Assembly (NCBI RefSeq): GCF_964355755.1
Contig: NC_092671.1
Coordinates: forward strand, 10,974,001 to 11,038,000
Direction: 5' to 3'
Length of the DNA stretch: 64,000 nt
DNA from: Antedon mediterranea
Taxonomy: Eukaryota > Animalia > Echinodermata
Below, in pieces: positions 1 through 12,400 of this stretch (position 1 is its first letter; each line of letters opens with the position of its first letter). The notes under the pieces are model-generated. The model did no database searches. It worked only from the letters and a program-made list of their open reading frames with translations, and was not told the origin of the DNA. The translations under genes and the position numbers were made by a program.

Positions 1-78
1 ACAAGTGACAGTTGGAATAATCTATCGCTTTTGATTGGTTAATTCGCTTACGTTACGACTTGCGTTGCGTCATAGTAA

Positions 79-255
79 GCGTGGTTCCCACTAGTGACGC
101 AACGCAAGGACGTAACGCAACGCAAGTGAATTGACCAATCACAAGCGATGGCTTATTCGCTTGTGATTGCTAACTGTCTATAACCTCGCTTGTCATTGGT
201 TAAAACGCTTGCGTTGCGTTTACATCCTTGCGTTACGTTCTAGTGGGAACCAAGC
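79..255. mobile_element. MITE-like palindromic element
   Basis: Ends GCGTGGTTCCCACTAG... / ...CTAGTGGGAACCAAGC, with inverted ACGCAACGCAAG / CTTGCGTTGCGT subrepeats. No clear TSD. Bases 1-75 look like a related element. Confidence 0.55.
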
Positions 256-1024
256 ATAGCCAACGTGTATACGTGCTGTAACGTAAATGTCTATTTATCT
301 AATAGGCAGAAACCTCATGAACGTAATTGATCATAAAAAATAAACATTTTTATATTTACAAACATTTTATATGACTACAATCAGTGTTCTGGGTAAAAAC
401 ATAGTAAATATAATGTTTTAATAATTTTAAACAGCAGTACAAAAATGGATAATATAATATTTAATAACAATGCGTAAAGAAGAAAGCAATTATAGCGATG
501 TCATGTTTGTGAACAATAAGTATTTGTGCGTTTTGTTTAGAATAGGCCTTTTTTTCTAGTAAGTATTGGTCATATTATTACTGGAATCAAAACACAGTGT
601 CTATTATGATACAATATTATAGCGTATAATATGATATTTTAATTATACATTATAATAGTGTATTGTGCTTATTATTACTATCATGTACTCTTACCTTATC
701 GACTAAAATATCTGGTATTTAATAATCAATTGACATTATTATGGGTTATAAAAACGTTGTATGCTTTCAGTTTCTGGAACTCGAACAAAATGAATAATAA
801 CAGACTCATTTATTTCTATTTATGGTATTGTAAATTGAATTGTAGTTATTAAAGGCGTATGAACAAATTGTGCTAATATATAATATTTATCTGTTTAAAA
901 AATACCATGGATTTGAAATACCACAGCAGAAATATTCGCTTGAAACATGATGATCCATTGTGGAATGACAGAAACAGATCCAACGTTACTTCATAGCCAA
1001 GTAAACATTTCATCCCAATTTGAC

Positions 1025-4000
1025 TTATCCTTCTGCCATGCACTGCAAAAAATAAAAACATTTTAAAATTATAGTCGATGATTATAACATCATACGTTGT
1101 CCAATCATCATTACCACCAACGCCACCGTATCATTACACATGCATTATATTTGTCACAAATGCAATCATCTTTGTCACCAACACCATTTTATCACCAACA
1201 CCATATCGTCACAAATAAAATAATTTGTCACCAAAACCATTTTGTCACCAACACTATTTTGTCACCAACACCATTTTGTCACCAACACCATTTTGTCACC
1301 AACACCATTTTGTCACCAACACCATTTTGTCACCAACACCATTTTGTCGCCAACACCATATCGTTACCAACACCATGTTGTCACCAACACCATGTTGTCA
1401 CCAACACCATGTTGTCACCAACACCATTTTATCACCAACACCATATCGTCACAAATACAATAATTTGTCACCAACACCATTTTGTCACCAACACCATATC
1501 GTTACAAATACAATCATTTGTTACCAACACCATGTTGTTACCAACACCATTTTGTCACCAACACCATATCGTTACAAATACAATCATATTTCTGTCACGA
1601 ACACATTCATTACTATCGCCAATAACATCATGATCGTCGTCACCAACCACTTCCAAGAACTTCACACCAACAAATAATATATTATCGATTAGCTTGAACA
1701 TCATCACTACAGTTCCTTTATCTTACCAATACGATCCACACAATCACCCAAGGCCAGAAAAACAAGGTTATGATGAGATGCAGGAGATGGTTGACTTGTG
1801 GTCTCCTACAAAAAAAAAAAAAAATAAACGAGATATTACTATATCTATATTACCTGATAGCACTATTCAAGAGACAACTCAGTTATGAGGTTCTACTGTA
1901 ATATTATCTAAATAAAACAATGATTTAGGTATAGTAATATATTTGAAATTAAAAGTAGCTGGTTCAAATCCTGCTAAACATCTTGGAAAACTATTAGGCT
2001 CTCGTTGACCTTAAGCTCGACGATCGAACAAATTAATAATTTACATAATCTAATTATAACGCTTAACAGGTACCGGTATATTATATGCACTTTGAATATA
2101 AATGCAAACTATTATATTATACCATGGAGGTATTTTATACCTCCATGATACCTCCATGATTATACAATACAAAACACAGAAGAAAACCAATTATTGGAGA
2201 CACCTTGGGGACATAACCAAGTGTACCCTTAATACGCGCGTCCCGTGAATAGAGACCGGTCGTTCAAAACGTCGTTAAAAAACATGTATTCCATTATTTC
2301 CGATTTATGGAGAGGTTCTATTATTTTAGTTAAACAAAACGAAAGTTGCATTGTTAAAGCGATTTTATTGAATATTATATTGTCTTAATTCAAACCTCAC
2401 CAACCATGTTATCTAGATTGTATTTGTTCCGGACACGTATGCAAACTTAAACAATATTCAATATGTAAAAGGGATTTTTGGAAAGAATTTTAAGTAGTTG
2501 AACATTGAGGGAATGTTTAAATACTATATTAGTCACATACGTCTATACAGTATTAACAAATATTATCGTACGAACAGCTCATAATATAAATATCATATCA
2601 ATCGATATGTATTTTTACGATAAAAGTAACAATACGTATCGGTGATAACAAAATACTGTTCTTTCAATGCGGTAACTAAGACAGATACTTATACTGTATA
2701 TAGACGGATACAACACGACCGTTCTCAGAATGGATATAGTGTATTACGTATTTAGGATATGACAAAGCCAAAATGATACTTTGCAAAATTGCTAGTGACA
2801 GCTCAATAATCGTAAGATAATGGCTGGAATCTAGTCTATACTATTGATTTTTACGCTTGTAATAATCAAAACAAACTAAATCAATAGGCCTACGTATATT
2901 TACAAATCATATAAATTCAGAAAGGCAGGCCTATACACAGAATACGAATATACAGCAATTTATTTATATTATACCCGTATAATAAATGAAAGGCAGCCTA
3001 CGGTTTACTGATACTGAAGACAATATGATGTTGATAAAGTACCGTATATCAGCATATTATTATATAGGCCTAAACACTGTTCTTATTCTATTGTACAATT
3101 TTATTGTAGATTAGGCCTACGTTGTAATTTTAATAATCTCATTTTTTGATAATTGAATAAAATAAAGTCAACATACCTTTCATTAACAATTGTAGTGTGT
3201 ACAACTGCTGGCTGTGGCTGGGTGGTTTGTACCACTGTTACCGCTGCCCCTTGAGGGGGATAACCCTGCTGAGGAGGGTAACCTTGTTGTGGTGGGTAAC
3301 CAGGTTGGGGGGCATATCCTGGTTGAGGCGCATATCCTGGTTGAGGGGCATAACCCTGTTGAGGTGGATATCCTGGTTGTGCTGGAGGGTACCCTTGTTG
3401 GGGTGCATATCCTTGCTGTGAAATAAAGATAATATATCATATAATTAATATAGTTAAAATTCTATTTTATGGTCTACATCATGGTTTATTATTCCCATAA
3501 ACGAATATTATTTGCATACAAATGCTCATTAAAATTGTACAGTAATCCGGTGACAAACGTACCATGTCTATAATTAATAGGCTAAATTCTGTATTGACAT
3601 TTATAAAAGTTCAGTATTTGTCCAATTATTGGATGTCCAAAAATAAAATAACTCCTTGGTAAGATGAAGCTCAAGTGAAAGTTCACCGACCGAGATCATT
3701 TTCCAACATCATGATCAACGTTAATAGTATTACACTGTCTGTCAACGATCGTGAATATTATTTGCATAAACATTAAAATGCTTATTGCTATGCATACCCT
3801 GCAATATCTAAGGTAAACCATTTACTCCATGGGTAAACGCAGGGTAGGACCATAAATAACGGATAATTCGGATTCCGATTCTTATACTCTCAAAATAGAG
3901 AAATACATCTTACGCCCCGACCAGGAAACGCTTTCGAAATGAGATTCATAAACAAGCAACCATTCGTTTTGGTCAATTACCTGCTTCTAACGCTAATAAA

Positions 4001-4090
4001 AGTCAAGGTCAATTTTGAATCGAATAAAATAATAGCTTATCTATAAATTGTATTACTTACCTGATTATACGGAGGTGGAGGAGCAGACAT
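1025..4090 (-). CDS. 121-aa GYPPQ-repeat (Pro/Gln/Gly/Tyr-rich) protein with a C-terminal hydrophobic membrane segment; 4 coding exons
   Basis: Exons on the - strand: 4090-4061 (MSAPPPPYNQ|gtaagt), 3415-3177 (QGYAPQQGYPPAQPGYPPQ...VVHTTIVNER|gtatgt), 1805-1727 (RPQVNHLLHLIITLFFWPWVIVWIVL|gtaag), 1042-1025 (CMAEG*). All introns are GT-AG, phases 0/2/0 are consistent, total 366 nt. Confidence 0.85.
1100..1660. repeat. 18-bp minisatellite (TTGTCACCAACACCATTT variants) in the last intron of the GYPPQ gene
   Basis: Direct tandem units; they explain the overlapping HQHHFVTNT/SPTPF ORFs in three frames. Confidence 0.9.
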
Positions 4091-4288
4091 ATTCGTTCTG
4101 TTTACTGCACTTATTATACTATCCAAGTATTTTCTGACAAACTGAGTTTCAAGTGCCTAAATATGTCCGTCTCAATTACAGTTACAGCTAAAACAGAACA
4201 AGTTTGTGAACACACACACCTTCTACATTGAGTGCGCCCTCTATAATGTAACTTGCTGGCTCTTTCTCGATCCGGTAATACTTCTATA

Positions 4289-5105
4289 GGGATATGACCG
4301 GTTGGGCCGCCGACAAGTTGAGCCGCCGGTAATTTCTATGAAACGCCCAGTGCGTCTTTTACGACATTTCGCGTAGTGATAGAGGGGTGTCCTAGTACAT
4401 AAGTTCATGGTCTTTAGGTTTATTGTGTCATGAAAATAAATAATAATTACATACTACAATTTTGTCGGTTTGAACCGCCATAACAACACAGCAAAGGAAA
4501 GTAGTCATATTTAATAATTTAATTGTTTTTAATCTTTCAAGGTAAAAATGCAGTGCACTCCATAATATTTTTCTCGCGTAAAATCACGTTGTCTCTCAGG
4601 ACTAATAGAGTATTGATACTCTTCGAATGAGGTTAAATAATTATTGTTTTTTATCTACTATCTTTTAATAATAATATCATATTTTATTGAATTTTACAAT
4701 GTTAATACACAAAATATTTTACTAAAAAACGGTGATTTTATGCAATTATTTTACCGAAATGGAGTAGGCCTAGTTCATACAACTGCCGCCTAAGGGGGCA
4801 ACATGTTTACGTCATTTTTGGCTAAAAACGATCATTTTCGGTCATGTTTTAGGCCTTATATTTTGGAATCTACAAGTCAGATATTCATAATTATTTCTCT
4901 TTAATTATAATATTTAATAATATATACTAAAAACCGTGATATATAAACTTTGGAATATACATCGTTATATCTAATAATTAATATAAATAGAACTTCTATT
5001 AAATAGAAACGAGCACCGGCGAAAGTAAGCATTTGGTGTTTCATAGAAAATAACGTTTTTCTGGCGGCGGCTCAACTTGTCGGCGGCTCAACTTGGCCTA
5101 ATCCC
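4289..5105. mobile_element. Non-autonomous TIR DNA transposon (~817 bp)
   Basis: GGGATATGACCGGTTGGGCCGCCGACAAGTTGAGCCGCC ... GGCGGCTCAACTTGTCGGCGGCTCAACTTGGCCTAATCCC. TTCTATA flanks both sides (4282-4288, 5106-5112). Lies ~200 bp upstream of the GYPPQ start codon. Confidence 0.8.
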
Positions 5106-6410
5106 TTCTATATATACACGATAAATAAAAGTACATTCGCTAGTCTTTTACTCTTTGTAGGCAATAACTATTATATCAAGTTTCTTTTAAATGAAACGTT
5201 ATACACCTCATCTGCACACGGACGGTCACGGTAGGCCTCCCTACGACATTTACGCGATACAGTGCCATCAAATGTCCATGTCATATTGATTTGAGCATCG
5301 CATATTAGCGGTGGCACACTTTCTTTATTCGAACAAACCACCCAATACAAAAATAATATAATATATTTTACTAACAGCTGAGCCATTTCATAAAAAAAAG
5401 GTTTTACACTTAATACGAAACAGCGTACAACCTTTTATGGCAACCTCTCAAATTGATCGAAGGGTACTGCTCGTCCGGTAATTTATCCAAACCACTAAAT
5501 AATTAGGCATTCTTGCAAAATTGTACGGTAAAATAGAAATATCATTTTATATCACACAAGTAACACATATATAACTGTAATAAAGAAATAACAATTTTAA
5601 AATAAAGCGTTTCAAAATAAATGAAGTCAATGAAGTGTTTATTGTTATTATATATTCTGAAAGTTTTTAAAAGATTTTGCTGCAAATAATAATTTTCAGC
5701 AGAGAATTTCCCTTTTTCTGCTTCGCGTGCTTAATGTAATTTCACTCTTTCCTGGTTTCATACAAGGAAGGACTATGTAGTGTTATTACTCACTTATAAT
5801 AACACCATGCCACTTTGGTTGCAAACAAATCTGTTTTCATTTCTGAGAATGTATTTATTATAATGTGTTAAGAACTAAAGAGGAGAGCTATAAAATAAAA
5901 GTAGGCAAGCCCTGTGTTATTGTAAAAATGGGTAATTTTAAGCTGAGGTGTTGAACAATAAATCGATTTTGATTGAATGTTTTAACAAATATTGATAAAG
6001 CGCTAATAAAAGCAAACATGGTTGATTGCATGTTTATTGTAAGAGTTTTTGGAATCTAGGGACCAAATTAGTTACAAGCAAGGCAAGGAACGCTTAACAA
6101 ACACCAGTACTGAGTCAAAAAGAAAAAACAAAATAGTAAGTACAATTAGTGTTGTGTCTAAAACTAGCATGGGCAATAAAAAAAATACATAGGCTTAAAG
6201 AGGTGCGAAGGTCCCTCAAGCAGTCACAGTGTGGTATATCAAACGGTTAAACTACCGGTAAGCAAAAACTAAAGAGTTATATGTGTAGACATAGGCCTAA
6301 TGCAAAACATGTCAACAACGTTGATATGCAGGAGGACCGACTGTACAAAAGGAGAGAAACCCTGTGATCCGCCTCCGCCAGATATGGTTCAATAATAAAT
6401 ATTTTATAAC

Positions 6411-6719
6411 ACCTATATAAATTCCTGTCATTTGATTGGACAAATGTGGGTCACATGGCGTGCAATAGTACGCACTATTCAACGATCGTTAAATAGTACT
6501 TTTTGAAACATTTTTGTGTACGAAAAAAAAACGTCTAGATGTTATATAAAACAAATAATGAATGTTTTGTATTCGTGTAATGGTACAAATAATGGCACTT
6601 GGTGAATGATGAAAGGTTATATCAACTCGGCTTTGCCTCGTTGATATAACCTTTCATCATTCACCTCGTGCCATTATTTGTACCATTGCACTCATAAACA
6701 TTCATTATTTGTATAATAA
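6411..6719. mobile_element. Non-autonomous Crypton-like element with a ~170-bp palindrome
   Basis: Near-perfect hairpin ~6549-6714 centred on ACTCGGCTTTGCCTCGT. The left part (CCTGTCATTTGATTGG...CACATGGCGTGCAATAG) recurs inverted at ~49890-49970. Family call from recalled motif only. Confidence 0.55.
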
Positions 6720-6739
6720 TACTAAATCAATGGTGAGAC

Positions 6740-7220
6740 CATTTCGGAAGTTAAAACTTACAAATATTTAGGGGTTGAAATTGATAATGAACTTAAATTT
6801 GATGCAAATAGTAGGTGCATATACAATAAATTACAAAACTTCTCTTCTTTCTACGCAAATTAAACTCTTTTAAAATTTGCCGTACTATTTTACAACTTTT
6901 TTATACTTCTATCTTAAACAGTGTAGGCCTACTTAGTTTTTGCTTAATATGTTGTTATGGTAATTCACGTTTTAAAGATAGATAGATAAAATAGTTAAAC
7001 AAGTCAGTAGAATAGTAGGCTCTGAACAAATTCAATCTGAAGTTATATATAAGGAATTAGTAATTAAAAAATTGAAAATTATTTTAAAAGACCACGTTCA
7101 CCCTCTGCACTATAAATTTAACAAAAGTCAACGTAGTGACAGACTCCTTCAAAGAAAAATTAAAACAAATAGATATGGCAATTCATTCGTCCCTGCTGCA
7201 ATACGGTTTTATAATGAATG
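6740..7220 (+). mobile_element. Degenerate 3' end of a non-LTR retrotransposon (Rex1/Babar-like)
   Basis: Broken translation YKYLGVEIDNELKFDAN...LFFLRKLNSFKICRTILQLFYTSIL...HPLH...KTNRYGNSFVPAAIRFYN. Confidence 0.7.
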
Positions 7221-9152
7221 ACATTACAGAGTTTCCCCATGGGGATAATACAGTTTTAATTGAATTATATTGAATTATGTTGTGTTTTTTTATATCAGGC
7301 TCAGGGTAGTCTAGATAATAGTGTAGACCAGTAAAAAGATCACAATACTATGTGTAATGTGATCTACACTACCACTTGTTAGCATACAGAACAATACAAT
7401 CCAATCTTACACATTTTTCTAAATTTAGTTTATAAAAAATTCCAACATAGCTAAAGTATTATTTTTGAAAGCAGCCATTCAGGCACAATAAATAGGAAGA
7501 CGAATGCTGTAAATGAATTAAGCATACAGTATAATAATAGGTAAGCATATTACAATTGTTGTAAAATTTTAATAATGTATCTGTTTAGGAAAGTGTTAGT
7601 ATCGCATGCTAATGATGTGAGTAAATAAATAAATGAAGCAAAAGAAAAACAAAATAGTAAGTACAGTTAGTTTTGTGTAAAAAAATATAACATCGGCAAT
7701 AAAAAATACATAGACCCAAGAGGTACGAAGATCTCTCACACAGACCATCACTGCTGGTGCACTTTATCAAACTGTTAAACTAAGCAAAAACTAAAGACTG
7801 CATGTTACAAAACATGTCAGCAACAGTTATAACACATTCATGCAGAGAAGGATCCAAGTTAGTCGGTGGGGGAGGGGACACGGTTGACGTGCAAAAAGGG
7901 AAAAAGAAACCGAATGTTCCCCTTGTTACCCGCTTCCGCCGGATATGGTGTTCAGTTTTTTAAACTGAATAACATTAATCATGTATGTACACTGTTAATT
8001 TCATTCACAACAATAAATTTGATTCTGTTAATTGTATGCGAACAAGTTGCAGTGTACCAGTGTAAACAATACTGTGTTCTACACTTGTTAGTATATACAG
8101 TACAATACCAACCGATTCTGCTACTGTCCCTAGGTGATATCTGTATAATACTCTATAATATATGTATGTTAAAAGTACAGCATTTATGCAGACAGCATAC
8201 ACTTGCTGATAGTTATACAGATACATACCTATTGATAGTAGCAGAATCGGGTGACAATACAATCCAATCTTACAAATTCTAAATATAGTTTTTCAAAATT
8301 TCCAACATATCAACAGATAGGCCTATCAGTATTATTCTTTGAAATCAGCCATTCAGGCATATTGAACTGGAAAAGAATGCTGTACTGAATTAGGCATACA
8401 GAATAGGTAAGCATATTACAATTGTTCGTTAGTAAAATTCAGTTTAGGAAAGTGTTAGTACCGCGATGTTAATGTGCTAATCGTGAACGATCCTATACAC
8501 ATTGACAACAATTAGGCCATCGATATGTGCATAATAATGATAGGCCTAGCGATACAACAGCATATGCCTTTGTTACTTTTAAACATCTTAAATGAAATGT
8601 AAATCGTTCACGTCTCCAGTACACTTTCAATGCTACCGTGTGTGTGTTATAGCTATTTTATTTTCTATTTTAAACGTTTCTGATCAACGAAATACTGTAT
8701 ATGGAAAAATAGTAGGCCTGGTGGTAAGATATAGTAGGCCTATAATTTGTTTCACAATGCATTATACTGGGCACTAATTAATAGGCACCACTAATAGGGT
8801 ATGTAAACATTTTATCAACCAATCAGACAAATGATACAGTAAGTAAACATTTATTTTAATGTGAACATTAACCTATACATTTTCTATACGTACGGTACGC
8901 GATATATGCAATTATGTTAACTTGCTAAGAGTTGCTAAACCTTCCACTTTTCAAAGGGAAACATAATCAGCATCAGCTATGAAGAGATATAAACGGTCTC
9001 TAAAAATAGCTAGCAACATTCATGTTCGTTATAAATGGCAAAATTAGGTCATTATTTGACATTAAATGGTCGAGGCGAAAACTCATGACACATGATACTG
9101 CTTACTTTTCAATAAGCTTACGTTTTGCTTATTCTTAGGAGATTACGCAAAG

Positions 9153-9429
9153 ATGTCTAGTCGTAAGAAGAAGAAAAAAGAACTTGAACGCTTCAAATCC
9201 GAACTAAAGTTACGCGACTTACGCGATGACGTCATTGAAATCTTAATTAACGAAGGATTCAGTCGTTTGTCCGATTTACGAGGTTTGGAAGTGGAAGACT
9301 TGGATAAAATACAAAATCTTCAACTGGCACAGTATGTGATTTTGAAAACAAAAATTAAAGAGAAATGGAGTAAGGTGTATGACATGGAGAGCAGCAGTGA
9401 TGGTGAGAGCACAGTAGAAAATGTTGAAG
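9153..9429 (+). other. SAM-like domain exon (paralog A; B copy at 20424-20703)
   Basis: FKSELKLRDLRDDVIEILINEGFSRLSDLRGLEVEDLDKIQNLQLAQYVILKTKI fits the SAM pattern L..egi.....L..L...DL..l.l..g....l...i. Confidence 0.6.
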
Positions 9430-12400
9430 GTAAAGAGTAAAACCTGGAAAGATGTAATTTATTAAAACGATGTTATTTCATTTACATATTTTTTAAATGA
9501 TTTTATAAGGATTAGGCCTACAAGAAAAAAGGATGCAAAATTTGCTAAGAGTTAACAAAGAAAAATTAGCATACTGTACTATACTGTACAAACCCACTAA
9601 TAACAGCCTATCCTATAAATGTATTCAGTATACCGTATCGGCTTACATTAAAAAAATATTCTAAATCACAAATATTTTTCTGAAAGAATGCATTGTCCTG
9701 GTGTGTGGATATTTGCATATATATTATTTTTAACGTAATTAGGTCTACTGTTACAAATGTTTTAAATATCCGAACGTTCCTAGATTAGAGGTAGATATTA
9801 CGTATTATTCAATTCAATAATTACAACTTATTATCTGCCTTGAACAGAAAAATATGAGCCGGAATTGGAATCCAGAAAAAGGCAGAAGAAGCACAAAAGA
9901 AACTCTTCGAAAGAAGGTCTTGATAGTGGTACTTCAAGCTCTAAAACGGAAGATCACAAAGCTTCGGGTCAACGAACAGGGGTCAAGAGTAAAGCTTCAA
10001 CTCAAACCAAACCCGACAAAACTTCGGATATAGAGAGTGGCCAAAATACACAAGATAACACTCGCGCCCAAAATCCACAAAGTACTGGGGCTGGTGAAAA
10101 AACAGAAATGAAGAGTGATTTTAACAAAAGTAAACCCAAGGAAGACAAACATGACAAAACGTCGGATATAGAGAGTAACCAAAATACACAAGATAACACT
10201 TACGCGCCAAAACCCCAGAGTACTCGGGCTGGTGAAAAACCAGAACGAATGAAGAGTGATTTTAACACAAGTAAACCTAAGGACGACAAACATGAAAAAC
10301 CGTCGACAGAACACGTTTCAGATATTGAAGGTATGATTTTCACAATACTAAGTTTGTGCCCATTTTAACCATGATAAGTCGCCGAATAATCTTATTAATT
10401 TTATATTAAATTAGTAACTGTTAGTCAAATTTTCTTTTTAAATACTCTTCGCAAACAAAATCCAATTATTAAATACCGTAAATATAGAAATAATCATTAA
10501 TATGGTGTTGTGCTTAACTATGTTTGTACCCATAGACGTTGAACAGTCGAACGACTTGATAGAACACTTCAATTGCAATTTAGCTAAAAAGTTTTTCAAA
10601 CAGAAGCGATATGATAAAATGGAAGAAGTGTTGGTTAAAGTGGACAGGCAGACGAAATCAGCATACGGTAGAGGAAGATTCGCCACGAAGATATCACAGG
10701 GGTGTAATGATTTTGCTGAATTACATGACTGCATTAACCATCAGATGACAGATGTCAAAGTTTTGCATGAACTGGCATGTGCGCAGTTCCTTTCCCTTGC
10801 AGAGTCTCACAGAGAGATATTGAAAGAGATGGACATGGACACAGAATGTACTATCTTTACTGAATGGGCTAGTCGCTTAGAAGTGATATTCATGGAGAAT
10901 TCGCCTCTTGAATACGGTTCACTTGAATGGAAAACTGTGATTTCCAAAACAGAGGAAGTGGAAAGGTTTTTTTCATCTCTTCCAATTCCAGCAAGAAATG
11001 TCTCAAAATCATACATTCTGTTAATGTTGCAATTTATTTGCCGTATGTGGCTGTATCGAAATCATCTTATTCCAGAAGATCAATATGGTCTGCTTTTAGT
11101 CGCTACATTCGCTCTTCCGCTGTGTGAATCTGAGCTTGTGACGTCAAAATATTTTTGCGCTGTAAAGCATGACATGTACGTGCACGCTGCAATAACCATC
11201 GGGTGTAATATCTCGAATATGCGGTTAGCTGTTAAAGATTGGTATGATGAATTTTATAGGTTCACAAAAAGATGTGAGCAACTCTACGACGAAGGGCTCA
11301 AAATGAACAAAGATATTAGATCTGAGGATGATACTAGAAACTTGGACAAGTTTACTTCCTGTATGTATAGCTTTATTTGAAAATTATATCTTAATAACAG
11401 GCCTATAGTGTGTTTTATCGTTTGTACAGCTCAGACACCACATTACATGTTTACAGCATTATTCTCTTTATTATACTTTTTTTTTATCGAAATTAATTTG
11501 TTTTTTTAAACATTTATTTTTAAAGTGGTGCAATCACGACTGAAGACAGCTGATCTGCATTTTGGCATATGCCAAGATGACTACATACCAGACAGGACCA
11601 CAGACGAGCACCATAGACTGACTGAGCAAAATATAACCACTATTTTGAGTCATTGGAATGACAAAAGCTATAAAGCCTTCTGCCAGTCTATCACTGACGC
11701 CGAAAATCAACTTAAAGATACTGGTTTTAGGCTACAAGTTGGTAGTTGGTTATCTCCTAGATACAAGGACGCATGTAATGTTTTAAATGGTTCTTATAAA
11801 CAACTTGATAGTTCACAGTCTCTCCTTGACAATCTGCGTGACTATCTCATGGAACTCGTAGTTGACTGCAGGCGACTTCTGAAAGATTTGAAGATCTACA
11901 GCAATGATTCAATGACAGACTGGGTTGAAGTTTTCTCTCGATTTTGTTCCGCTGATGATTGTGTATTTGGATCTTCTGAATGGCATGCAGTATTGGATAG
12001 AGCTAAAACAACAGTAGAAAATATGCCACGAGGAGCAAATATTATCGGACGAACAATTACACAAATGTATGTTCAACTTTTCGTAGAGTTAATGAAGAAG
12101 GCATTTCTAACATATCAGCAAATAACGCCTAAAGACCGACTTGGCCATGTTCGTTTGGCTTTAATTAACATGACAATGGTAAAAAGTCCTCTTCTGTCAA
12201 GTAAATGGTACTCAAGCATGCGATTTAATATATACTTGTGTGGGCTAAGAAGCATAGCATCATGTTTACTAGAAGCTGAGAAGCCTAATAAGGATACGTT
12301 CTATCAAGAATACAAAAACGTAAAAGAAAACATTGACAGTTTAATTGTAGAAAGTCGAAAATTCAAATTGCCGTTTGCCTCAAAGGAAGACTTGGAAAAG

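Noticed and set aside
1097-1677. His/Thr/Pro-rich ORFs in three frames
   Set aside because: By-products of an 18-bp intronic minisatellite.
3183-3440. Three ORF-track ORFs over the GYPPQ exon
   Set aside because: Wrong frames or strand; the spliced - strand frame gives the coherent repeat protein.
8930-9090. NF-kB/IRF-like sites upstream of A (GGGAAACATA, GGCGAAACT)
   Set aside because: Poor consensus match, not conserved in B, and the TSS is unknown.
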